Shown in pieces: positions 1 to 11,639 of a stretch of 64,000 bases of DNA. The first letter of the stretch is position 1, and every line of letters starts with the position of its first letter. Source of the DNA: Eledone cirrhosa (Eukaryota); contig OZ024755.1 of NCBI GenBank assembly GCA_964016885.1, positions 42,656,001 to 42,720,000 of the forward strand, written 5' to 3'. The notes beneath the pieces were generated by a model, which worked only from the letters and a program-made list of their open reading frames with translations, was not told the origin of the DNA and ran no database searches. The position numbers and the translations under genes are program-made.

Positions 1-454
1 ACACAAGAGCAAGAATGAAGGGTTCATTCTACTGACATGTCTATAAAATTGAGGCTTGTTTGCATAATTGCAAACGAATCGAATGTTATTATTAATATTC
101 GAAAAATTCAGATTACATTTATTGTATTCAGCCATGTAGAGCGAACATTTTTTATATACGGTGAAAGCTTCTATTGTCTAATTTCAAACTTGCTCACTGT
201 TTCAAAACATAGTTACTTGATATATATTTATAAGAATGGATGGCTTATGTCTAATTATACAAAGAAACAGTCAAAGATTGACTGAATGACGACTCAATAT
301 ATATAAGCAGAATATAGATTTTATTTCTCAAACAAGAAGATTACAGTAACTTCAAAGTTCCTGCTGTAATGGGCCACTTTCAACTGCCAAGTCTAAAGAG
401 ACTCATTATAGCCGGAACTTTGAAGTCTGCCAATATTTTCTTTGAACTACACGT

Positions 455-805
455 GCACACACACACACACATATACACACACATGCACACACACGCACAC
501 ATACACACACACAAATATGCTTATACACACACATACATATGCTTATACACATACATACACATAAATATGCTTATACACATACACACACACAAATATGCTT
601 ATACACACACACATACATACACATAAATATGCTTATACACACAGACATACACACAAATAAGCTTATACACATACATACATACAAATATGCTTATACACAT
701 ACATACACACAAATAAGCTTATACACATACACGCAGACATACAAATAAACACACATTGACATATCAATACATATATATGACTGTATATCAATATATATAT
801 ACACA
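455..805. repeat. Compound (AC/ACAT)n microsatellite with recurring AAATATGCTT spacer
   Basis: Roughly 26-34 bp quasi-units of ATACACATACACACAC-AAATATGCTT. Confidence 0.85.
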
Positions 806-1497
806 CTACAAAATTAACAATTCTCTACCAGCAGTCAGATGGTTTATTTTTCCATCAAATAAAGTAAGTTTCTAATAAACAAAATTTCAAATCAATAAAA
901 AGAGACATAAAAAGCAATAACATTATGAAAAAGTCATTTTAGTCATTCAAAACACAGAAAATCTGTTAAATTTATCATATTTCTTTGTGTATAATATGAT
1001 TTGAATATAATATAACTCAGGGGTGTGCAACACCCCACTACCACCATCACCACTTTTATTCCATTGGTGGGCCACTTTTGAACATTGGAACAACTATCAG
1101 GGCCAGTTACTGTAAAAAATATGTAATCTGATGAAAACCAGTAAATTGAGTCATAAATACATTGTGAATACACTATTAAACAACAAAGACAAATAAAATA
1201 TAATTTAGTTTTATTAATGTGAGACTTGGTATTTGGTATAGGTCAACTAACTGAAGTATTATGGTTACGAAACAAATTCTAAATAAGCCTACAAGGTAAA
1301 AAGTAAAAATGGTCATTGCGGGCCACTTTGACTGGTCAGGATTGTGGCCTGTGCATGCCTCTGACATTAGCCATTGCTAAACCTGCTTGTTGGCCTTTTA
1401 GCTAAGGTCAAAGAGTGTATATTACAACTCAAACGTACTGCCAGGTCTATAGAAATATTTCTGTAAACTTGTCCAACAAAATCTTGATCTCAGCTCA

Positions 1498-1680
1498 AGT
1501 AAAGTAAAGACCCCCTTCAGTCATGGGATTTGTACCTAGAAAGTTCCCCTCTAAGGCACAAGTCCAGGCAAGGATGTTTGTGGAAGACTAGCAGTTCCCC
1601 ATACATACCAGTCTTTCCTCTCCATGGCAGCAATGTTGTCCAAGGGAAAGACAAAAACTGGTAGCAGTGACGTTGCAACA
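1498..1680 (-). mobile_element. 3' tail fragment of a SINE/RTE-related retroposon
   Basis: Ends GGGGGTCTTTACTTTACT on the minus strand. Shares the ATGTTGTCCAAGGGAAAGACAAAA segment with 5894-5950 (attached to a CORE-like SINE) and with 9010-9065. Confidence 0.55.
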
Positions 1681-2588
1681 TATATACACTGTATATACAT
1701 TATATATACACTGTATATACATTATATATACATATATACAGTGTATATACATTATATATACACTGTACATACATTATATATACACTGTATATACATTATA
1801 TATACACTGTATACACATTATATATACATATATACAGTGTATATACATTATATATACACTGTACATACATTACATTTACACTGTATATACATTATATATA
1901 CACTGTATATACACACTGTATATACATTATATATACACTGTATATACATTATATATACACTGTATATACATTATATATACACTGTACATACATTACATTT
2001 ACACTGTATATACATTATATATACACTGTATATACACACTGTATATACATTATATATACACTGTATAGGCGTATGTAAAGGCGGTGGATTGGCAGTATCG
2101 GTAGAGGGTCGGACGCCATGGTTTGACGCATAGAGTTACGGCCCTTGTCATTCTGAGTTCAAATCCCGCCGAGGTTAACTTTGCCTTTCATCCTTACAGG
2201 GTCGATAAAATAAAGTACCAGTAATACACTGGGGTAATTGCTGGCCTTGTGCCAAAAGTAGAAACAATTATATATATAATGTGTATACAGTGTATATATA
2301 ATGTATATGTAATGTATATACTGTGTATATACATTATATATACACAGTATATACATTACATATACACTAGATATACATTATATATACACTGTATATACAT
2401 TATATATACACTACATATATACTGTATAGACATTATATATACACTATATACATTATATATACACTATATATACATTATATATATACACTATATATACATT
2501 ATATATACATTGTATATACATTATATATACACTATATATACATTATATATACATTGTATATACATTATATATACACTGTATATACACA
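1681..2588. repeat. TATATACACTGTATATACAT-type minisatellite (continues at 4012-4130, 4315-4450, 5859-5892)
   Basis: Near-palindromic ~20-bp units. It produces the spurious YIHCIY/YTVYTL ORFs and is interrupted by SINE and LINE insertions. Confidence 0.9.
2079..2270 (+). mobile_element. tRNA-derived SINE family A (MetaSINE-like central domain)
   Basis: A-box TGGCAGTATCGG, B-box GAGTTCAAATCC, body CTTTGCCTTTCATCCTTACAGGGTCGATAAAATAAAGTACCAG, tail GGCCTTGTGCCAAAAGTAGAAACAATT; about 10 copies in the window. Confidence 0.9.
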
Positions 2589-2934
2589 GGAGGCACATGG
2601 CTTAGTGGTTAGAGCATTGGCCTTGCAATCGAAAGGTTGTGAATTCAATTCTCAGACCGGGCGATGTGTTGTTTCCTTGAGCAAGACACTTTATTTCACA
2701 TTGCTCCAGTTTACTCAGCTGTAGAAATGAGATGATAGGGACTGGGGTCCCTATCATTCACTGCAGAGTGGTCGTGGAGGTGCCACGGCAAAAAAGCACC
2801 CAGCACTCACTGTAAATGAGGTTGGTGTTAGGAAGGGCATCCAGCTGTAGAAATCAAGCCAGAATCAGTTCCCGTCCCACCCTTGCAAGCAGGGACAAGC
2901 GGATGTAAAAATTATGATGATGATGATGATGATG
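2589..2934 (+). mobile_element. tRNA-derived SINE family B (CORE-like domain, RTE-shared tail, (GAT)n end)
   Basis: A-box TGGCTTAGTGG, B-box GAATTCAATTC, CORE-like CCTTGAGCAAGACACTT, tail AAAGCACCCAGCAC...GGAAGGGCATCCAGCTGTAGAAA shared with the RTE 3' UTR at 5590-5750. Confidence 0.9.
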
Positions 2935-2940
2935 CACTGT

Positions 2941-4012
2941 ATTTCTAGGGCGGGTAAAATTCCCCGAGATCCATGGACGAGTTCTCTCCAGCGGTCTCTG
3001 TCCCTCATTATCGCTGCCATGTCCTGTGTCTCCAACAGACCAGTGTCTTAGGGCATCAACATAGGTTAACCTTGGTCTTCCTCTTCCAGTGTGTCCATGT
3101 AAGGGCTCCCACAGGAGCACTGAGTGCAGTGTCAACTCTGGATGTCGGTAAGCATGTCCAGCTAACCTCTGTCTCCTCTGTGTCACTTTTGAGCAGACTT
3201 TTGGGAGGCTCCCATACAGCTCTGAGTTTTTCATCCTCAGTGTATAATGATTAATGTTCAGAGCCATCTTCAGCATTCTCGTGTAGCACCCATCCACCAT
3301 CTGAGTGAGTTTCTTGATCAGTGTCCAAGTCTCAGACCCATACAGCAGCACAGACTCCACTACAGCAATGAAGAGGCGGATCTTCAGGTCTTTACGAAGG
3401 TCCGACTTCCACACTGATCTCAAGCTGTGGCACGCCACCCGGGCTTTGCTCTTCCTCTCAACCACATCATCTTCCGTATTCCCAATCTTTGCTCCCAAAT
3501 TGCCTTCCTGCGGTCATGGTTTTCATTGACTTTAGGAAGGCCTTTGATTATGTGGACCGTCACAGGCTTATGGAATCCTCAAGAAGATAGTGGACCTGAT
3601 ATCACTGCTCTATACCAACACCAAAGCACAAGTCATTACACTTGATGGAATGACGGAGTTCTTTGAGATACTGGCTGGAGTGCTCCTGGGAGATACATTG
3701 GCTCCCTACCTTTATATCATCGTAGTGGACTAATGTATGCGCCTGGCACAGGAGAAACACCAGGACTCTGGCTTTACTGTAGCACCGGCTCAGAGCAGGA
3801 GAGTTAAGGTGAAAAAGATATCAGATGCTGAATTTGCCGACGACATAGTTTTGGTGACAAATACAGTGAAGGAGGCAGAGGATTTGATGCAGGAGGTTGA
3901 GACTGTGTCGATGAGTGTGGGGCTGAGAATGAATGAGATTAAGACAAAATATCTGGTAGAGAATGTTAAGAAGCCAGAGGGGATCACTAATGTAGGCGGG
4001 AAGCCGCTAGAA
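2941..4012 (-). mobile_element. RTE-clade LINE, 5'-truncated with 5' inversion
   Basis: Minus strand ~3500-2941 encodes the C-terminal ORF (KIRLFIAVVESVLLYGSETWTL...RLAGH...GRPRLTYVD). Plus strand ~3505-4012 encodes the RT core (FIDFRKAFD, GDTLAPYL, FADDI). Confidence 0.88.
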
Positions 4013-4130
4013 TACACTGTATATAAATTATATATACACTGTATATACATTATATATACACTATATATACAGTATAGATACAGTATATATACACTATATA
4101 TACATTATATATACACTATATATATACATT

Positions 4131-4317
4131 GGTGGATTGGTAGTATCGGTAGAGAGTCAGACACCATGCTTTGAAGCATAGAGTTACGTCCCTTTATGAT
4201 CTGAGTTCAAATCCCGCCGAGGTTAACTTTGCCTTTCATCCTTACGGGGTCGATAAAATAAAGTACCAGTAATACACTGGGTAATTGCTGGCCTTGTGCC
4301 TAAAGTAGAAACAATTA
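4131..4317 (+). mobile_element. SINE family A copy
   Basis: Near-identical to 2079-2270. Confidence 0.9.
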
Positions 4318-4450
4318 TATATACATTATATATACACTGTATATACATTATATATACACTGTATATACATTATATATACACATATATACACTGTATATAC
4401 ATTATATATACACTGTATATACATTATATATACACTATATGTACATTATA

Positions 4451-5860
4451 TAAGTTAGGATTAGCAATGAGTATAGCGAGGAATTTAGCATACAGGTCGG
4501 TGTCCACCAGGGCTCCGTTCTTAGCCCTCTCCTGTTCATCATAGTCCTGCAGGCAATAACGGAGGAGTTTAAGACGAGATGCCCATAAGAACTCCTGTAT
4601 GCTGATGACCTCGCACTTATAGCTGAATCTATGGTAGAACTAGAGAAGAAATTCCAAACTTGGAAGCAGGGACTAGAAAGAAAGGGTCTCAAAGTCAACC
4701 TGACAAAGACTAATGTCCTTGTAAGTAGATGAGAAAACAGAACCCAGATCCCCTCAGGGAAATGGCCTTGCTCAGTATGTAGGAAGGGTGTAGGTAGGAA
4801 CTCCATTCTCTGTCCCAAATGAAAACAATGGGTACACAAGCGATGTAGCGGGATCTCAGGAAGCTTAATTAAGAATGTAGGCTTCACATGTAGCAGCTGT
4901 GCTGGGACAGCAAGCAGCAAACAGCCACAGGAAACAAGCACCAAACTCTGGGCGGGTTCTGTAGAAACAGTAGACAGCTTCTGCTACCTAGGTGACTGAA
5001 TTAGCAGCAGAGGTGGGTGTTCTGAAAGTACAATAACTAGGGTAAGAACGGGATGGAAGAAGTTCAGGGAGCTACTGTCACTGCTAGCTGCAAAAAGCTT
5101 TTCCCTCAAAATGAAAGGCCGACTGTATGATGCGTGTAAACGAACAGCAATGTTACATGGTAGTGAGACCTGGGCGCTGTCTGTGGAAGACTTGTATAGA
5201 TTAGAAAGAAATGAAGCCTGCATGCTCCGATGGATGTGTAATAGTAATATACGCGAACGGCAAAGCATAAATGAATTGAGAGAGAGACTGAGCATAAGAG
5301 GAATCAAATGCTGTGTGCAGGAGAGGAGTATATGTTGGTATGGACATGTGATGCGTATGAAGGATGACAGCTGCATAAAAAGGAACAGAGCACAAGAAGT
5401 CGATGGAAACCACGGAGTGGGGAGACCCAAGAAGACCTGGGATGAGGTGATAAAAGCCGAACTTACCTTCTCAAAGGCGATAACACAGGACCGTGACCTC
5501 TGGCGTCACGCAGTAATACAGAAGACCCGACCCCTCACGGGTACAAGCCGAAGCTGAAGCATATAGATACTATGCCCCCACCCCTCCCACTGCAAAGTGG
5601 TCGTGGAGGTGCCATGGCAATAAAGCACCCAGCCCACACTGTAAAGTGGATGTGTAGGTGCTACAGAAAAAAAGCACCCAGCACTCACTGTAAATGAGGT
5701 TGGTGTTAGGAAGGGCATCCAGCTGTAGAAATCAAGCCAGAATCAGTTCCTGTATGAGCAAGACAAGGTCAGCCGACCGGACACTGCCCACAACAGGACA
5801 ACCCATCTAACCCATGCTAGCGTGGAAGAACATACGTAAAACGGTGATGATGATGATGAT
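4451..5860 (+). mobile_element. RTE-clade LINE, 5'-truncated, inactivated
   Basis: GVHQGSVLSPLLF, LYADDL, Cys-rich insert CSVCRKGVGRNSILC...WVHKRC, MLHGSETW, GRPKKTW. In-frame stops; 3' UTR ends in (GAT)n. Confidence 0.9.
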
Positions 5861-5893
5861 ACACTGTATATACATTATATACACACTATATAT

Positions 5894-6092
5894 GATGTTA
5901 TCCAAGGGAAAAAAAAATGGCCAATACAGCTTGACGCAAGTAACGACGCAAATCATTTCTACAACTGAATGAACTGGAGCAGCATGAAATAAAGTGTCTT
6001 GTTCAAGGACACAATGTATCACCTGATCAAGAGATCGAACTCACAACCTCACAATTGTAAGCCCAACACTCTAACCGCTAAGCCATCCACCA
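5894..6092 (-). mobile_element. CORE-like SINE (family B relative), diverged
   Basis: Reverse complement of TGGCTTAGCGGTTAGAG...GAGTTCGAT...GTCCTTGAACAAGACACTT. Confidence 0.8.
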
Positions 6093-6284
6093 CACTATTG
6101 AGTTTCACATGATATTTAATAAGTTTAACACCTAACTGTTTAGCAGTTTGTAAATATTTATTATTAACATATATTTGCAATCTTGCAATCCCCAAAATGT
6201 CTTCATGTGAATATCAACACACACACATACACTTTTTTTTAATCTCCAATTTAGATTCAAAACTTCTCATATTTACACGAGAAA

Positions 6285-7992
6285 AAATGGTACATTCATC
6301 TGCTAACTACAAAAGGTTTTTTCCTTCAAAATGAAGGGCAGATTTTATGATTCATGTATATGAACAGCTTGGTAGTGAGGCCTGGGTACTGTGTGCAGAG
6401 GACCTGCAAAGATTGGAAAGAATGAAGCCTCTATGCTTCCAGGGATGTTTAATAGTAATATACATGAATGGCAAAGCATAAATGAACTGAGAGAGAAACT
6501 GGGCATAAGAGGAATCAGATGCAAGTGTGAAGGAAAGGAGATTGTGTTGGTACGGACATGTGATGCATATGAAGGATGACAACTGTATAAAAAGATGCAG
6601 AATGCTCAAAGTTGATAGAAGCCGTGGAGTGGGAAGACCCAGGAAGATCTGGGGTGAGGTGATAAAAGCTGACCTTGCACAATTGCACCTCTCAAAGGCG
6701 ATGACACAAAACCAAGATCTCTGGCGTCACGCAGTAATACAGAAGACCTGCCTTCCCATGAACACAGGCTGAAGCATACATACAGTATGCACCATTGTCA
6801 GCTCCACCAACACCTCCCACTACACCGCTCACACACATCCCTAGATCTCCCTTCTTAATCCCCACACAGCTCCTTCATTCAAGTTCGCAGTCCACACAAC
6901 AAAAAGCACTCAGTCCACTCTGTAAAGTAGGCATGCAGGTGTCATGACATAAAGCACCCAGTCCACTCTGTAAAGTAGGCATGCAGGTGTCATGACATAA
7001 AGCACCCAGTCCACTCTGTAAAGTAGGCATGCAGGTGTCATGACATAAAGCACCCAGTCCACTCTGTAAAGTAGGCATGCAGGTGTCATGACATAAAGCA
7101 CCCAGTCCACTCTGTAAAATAGGCATGCAGGTGTCATGACATAAAGCACCCAGTCCACTCTGTAAAGTAGGCATGCAGGTGTCATGACATAAAGCACCCA
7201 GTCCACTCTGTAAAGTGGTCAGGTAGGTGTCATGACAAAGCACCCAGTCCACTCTGTAAAGTAGGCATTCAGGTGTCATGACATAAAGCACCCAGTCCAC
7301 TCTGTAAAGTAGGCATGCAGGTGTCATGACATAAAGCACCCAGTCCACTCTGTAAAGTAGGCATGCAGGTGTCATGACATAAAGCACCCAGTCCACTCTG
7401 TAAAGTAGGCATGCAGGTGTCATGACATAAAGCACCCAGTCCACTCTGTAAAATAGGCATGCAGGTGTCATGACATAAAGCACCCAGTCCACTCTGTAAA
7501 GTAGGCATGCAGGTGTCATGACATAAAGCACCCAGTCCACTCTGTAAAGTGGTCAGGTAGGTGTCATGACATAAAGCACCCAGTCCACTCTGTAAAGTAG
7601 GCATTCAGGTGTCATGACATAAAGCACCCAGTCCACTCTGTAAAGTGGTCAGGTAGGTGTCATGACATAATGCACCCAGTCCACTCTGTAAAGTAAGCAT
7701 GCAGGTGTCATAACATAAAGCACTCAGTCCACTCTGTAAAGTGGTCAGGTAGGTGTCATGACATAAAGCACCCAGTCCACTCTGTAAAGTGGCCAGGTAG
7801 GTGTCATGACATAAAGCACCCAGACCACTCTGTAAAGTGGTTGACGTTGTGAAGAGCATTCAGTTATAGAAAAGAAACCAAAATCAGTTCTGTATGAGCA
7901 ATATATAGTCACCTTATCTGACTTGTTTCATAATGGGACAACTTGTCTAACCCATGCTAAGTGTGGAGAAATGGTGATGAAGATGATGATGC
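6285..7992 (+). mobile_element. RTE LINE 3' fragment with expanded minisatellite in its 3' UTR
   Basis: Homologous to 5085-5560 (RLCWYGHVMHM...GRPRKIW). The tail resumes after the array at 7840-7992 and ends in GATGATGAT. Confidence 0.85.
6900..7840. repeat. 48-bp minisatellite, about 20 copies
   Basis: Unit AAAGCACCCAGTCCACTCTGTAAAGTAGGCATGCAGGTGTCATGACAT (starts at 6951, 6999, ...). Confidence 0.95.
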
Positions 7993-8087
7993 TAAATTTG
8001 TTGATGTGTAAACTTCCATTGTCTGTGATTTGTCACTGACAGTTCCACTGCAACACTGACTAGGCTCCAGACTTCAACACCAACAAT

Positions 8088-8500
8088 CATCATCATCATT
8101 TAAGTCAATTGTTCCACACTTGTGTGGGTTAGATGGGTCCTTCTCAGTACAGCATCTTTCCACTTTTTATGTTCCTTTGTCATCTCCTCCATGAAATTTA
8201 GTGATCTGAATTCAGGTCCCACCACTTCCACCCAGATCCCACCACTTCCACCCAGCTCCCACCATTTCCCCCCAGGTCCCACCACTTCCACCCAGCTCGC
8301 ACCACTTCCACCCAGCTCGCACCACTTCCACCCAGCTCCCACCACTTCCACCCAGGTCTTCTACTGATGCTTCCTTCCAGTGGCATCACTCGGCACTTCT
8401 TCACCCAGTGATCATTATCCATGCACATCACATGTTTATACCAGCACTTCTCATTCCTTTTATACCCAGTTTCTCCCTCAGTTCATTCATTAACATTGCA
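8088..8500 (-). mobile_element. Decayed RTE 3' fragment containing a 20-bp tandem repeat (8217-8356)
   Basis: Minus strand reads HVMCMDNDHWVKKCR...RRP and ends in (GAT)n. About 7 copies of CCCACCACTTCCACCCAGNT lie at the 'W.EVV' codons. Confidence 0.75.
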
Positions 8501-8530
8501 CATAAATGATAAATATAAAGTGACTTTAAC

Positions 8531-8673
8531 AATTGCTGTGTGTTGTTTTATAATGAAATGACTATTCCACAATGTAATTGCTGTGTGTTGTTTTATAATG
8601 AAATCACTATTCCACAATGTACTTGCTGTGTGTGTTGTTTTATAATGAAATGACTATTCCACAATGTAATTGC
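8531..8673. repeat. 45-bp tandem triplication
   Basis: AATTGCTGTGTGTTGTTTTATAATGAAATGACTATTCCACAATGT x3. Confidence 0.9.
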
Positions 8674-9124
8674 TTAATTTTCAACAAGTACAAATGGTAA
8701 ATAAATATATAAATATTTAAGAAAAAATATATTTTCTTTTCAAACCAAATGACACGAGTCTTCTGATAAAGATTATGTTGAGGTAATTTCTTTTAAAATG
8801 AAATGAAAAAGTTTCCTTTGAAAATTAAAACTAGAACCATGGGATGTATTTGTTAAAGACCCACTTAAGCAACCTCTATATATTTCATCTTATCACTGCC
8901 TGAGAGATGAGATACAGCAGACTCCCTCCTCCCATCGCTGCTCTCGAAGGGATTTTTTGTTTGTCTTTTGTGGAAAATCATCAATCCTCCAGTCATGCAA
9001 GTCTGCACACCACCGATGTTGTCCGAAGGAAAGACAAAACCAATACAGGTTGGCATCAGTGACATCTCAGAGCACCAACGGCTGAAAGAGATACTACAAG
9101 GCATCATGTACAACACTCTGCCAG

Positions 9125-9252
9125 CCCTCAAGTGCCACTTTATTTCTTGATCCCTAAAAAGACAAAAGGCAAATTTGACCTTGGTGGGATTTAAACTGAG
9201 AGTGCAGAGACCCAGGACAACTATTTGATGCTCCAGTGACTCTGCCAATCCC
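9125..9252 (-). mobile_element. Diverged SINE family A copy
   Basis: Reverse complement of GGATTGGCAGAGTC...GAGTTTAAATCCCACCAAGGTCAAATTTGCCTTT. Confidence 0.7.
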
Positions 9253-11219
9253 CATGGGTAAGCAACAGTCACCACTACAGCCACCACCAATCCACCATGG
9301 GTAAGCAACAGTCACCACTACAGCCACCACCAATCCACCATGGGTAAGCAACAGTCACCACTACAGCCACCACCAATCCACCATGGGTAAGCAACTGTCA
9401 CCACTACAGCCACCACCAATCCACCATGGGTAAGCAACACTGTCACCACTACAGCCACCACCAGTCTACCATGGGTAAGCAACAGTCACCACTACAGCCA
9501 CCACCAATCCACCATGGGTAAGCAACTGTCACCACTACAGCCACCACCAATCCACCATGGGTAAGCAACACTGTCACCACTACAGCCACCACCAGTCTAC
9601 CATGGGTAAGCAACAGTCACCACTACAGCCACCACCAATCCACCATGGGTAAGCAACTGTCACCACTACAGCCACCACCAATCCACCATGGGTAAACAAC
9701 ACTGTCACCACTACAGCCACCACCAGTCTACCATGGGTAAGCAACAGTCACCACTACAGCCACCACCAATCCACCATGGGTAAGCAACACTGTCACCACT
9801 ACAGCCACCACGGGTAAACAACACTGTCACCACTACAGCCACCACCAGTCTACCAAGGGTAAACAACACTGTCACCACTACAGCCACCACCAATCCACCA
9901 TGGGTAAGCAACAGTCACCACTACAGCCACCACCAATCCACCATGGGTAAGCAACACTGTCACCACTACAGCCACCACGGGTAAACAACACTGTCACCAC
10001 TACAGCCACCACCAGTCTACCATGGGTAAGCAACAGTCACCACTACAGCCACCACCAATCCACCATGGGTAAGCAACAGTCACCACTACAGCCACCACCA
10101 ATCCACCATGGGTAAACAACACTGTCACCACTACAGCCACCACCAATCCACCATGGGTAAGCAACTGTCACCACTACAGCCACCACCAATCCACCATGGG
10201 TAAACAACACTGTCACCACTACAGCCACCACCAGTCTACCATGGGTAAGCAACTGTCACCACTACAGCCACCACCAATCCACCATGGGTCAGCAACACTG
10301 TCACCACCACAGCCACCACCAGTCTACCATGGGTCAGCAACACTGTCACCACTACAGCCACCACCAGTCTACCATGGGTAAGCAACTGTCACCACCAATC
10401 CACCATGGGTAAGCAACTGTCACCACTACAGCCACCACCAATCCACCATGGGTAAACAACACTGTCACCACTACAGCCACCACCAATCCACCATGGGTAA
10501 GCAACTGTCACCACTACAGCCACCACCAATCCACCATGGGTAAGCAACACTGTCACCACCAGTCTACCATGGGTCAGCAACACTGTCACCACTACAGCCA
10601 CCACCAGTCTACCATGGGTAAGCAACAGTCACCACCAATCCACCATGGGTCAGCAACACTGTCACCACTACAGCCACCACCAGTCTACCATGGGTAAGCA
10701 ACAGTCACCACCAATCCACCATGGGTCAGCAACACTGTCACCACTACAGCCACCACCAGTCTACCATGGGTCAGCAACACTGTCACCACTACAGCCACCA
10801 CCAATCCACCATGGGTCAGCAACTGTCACCACTACAGCCACCACCAATCCACCATGGGTCAGCAACACTGTCACCACTACAGCCACCATCAGTCTACCAT
10901 GGGTCAGCAACACTGTCACCACCAATCCACCATGGGTAAGCAACTGTCACCACTACAGCCACCACCAATCCACCATGGGTAAGCAACTGTCACCACTACA
11001 GCCACCACCAATCCACCATGGGTCAGCAACACTGTCACCACTACAGCCACCACCAGTCTACCATGGGTAAGCAACACTGTCACCACTACAGCCACCATGG
11101 GTAAGCAACAGTCACCACTACAGCCACCACCAGTCTACCATGGGTCAGCAACACTGTCACCACTACAGCCACCACCAGTCTACCATGGGTAAGCAACACT
11201 GTCACCACTACAGCCACCA
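9252..11219. repeat. 43/46-bp minisatellite, about 45 copies
   Basis: Unit CCATGGGTAAGCAACAGTCACCACTACAGCCACCACCAATCCA, with ACACTGTC, GTCTA and deletion variants. Confidence 0.95.
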
Positions 11220-11639
11220 ACATCAAGAATCAATTAGGCTGCTTGTATGCAATCATTCACCCCAACAGAAGAAAAGCCAAATCTGCCTCAAATCCCACAG
11301 TGCCATCTTTAACAAATAAAGAATGCTACTTTGGATAATGTAGTCCTAGAACAGACAGCTCTTAGGTACTTTGGAATGTTGTTATTATTATTTTAATCGT
11401 TTATTAGTCTTGTATTGCAATAAAAACCACAAATTATGACCTGGGCATCGAAGTAATTTCAAATAAGATTCAAAGCCAAAAATCCCATTGAGTAAGGTAA
11501 AAAGTTACCCAAACTCATGTTTTCTTGTATATATTTTTGTTTTATTATAGATTATGCAGCTAACGTATTCAGAAGCAGGTACAGTAATGCCCTAACTTCA
11601 ACATTCAGAAATCAAGGGAGGTAGATATAAAAGCTAAAC

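Noticed and set aside
369-2605. His/Tyr/Ile-rich ORFs
   Set aside because: They are translations of AC/AT microsatellites and minisatellites.
2079-2700. tRNA genes
   Set aside because: The A/B boxes belong to SINE heads followed by SINE bodies; no complete cloverleaf is present.
6875-7859. 16-aa repeat protein ORFs
   Set aside because: The 48-bp unit is a multiple of 3 and derives from an RTE 3' UTR; there is no splice or start context.
9154-11098. Pro/His-rich ORFs (extensin-like)
   Set aside because: The 43/46-bp units shift frame and contain stops; this is a non-coding minisatellite.
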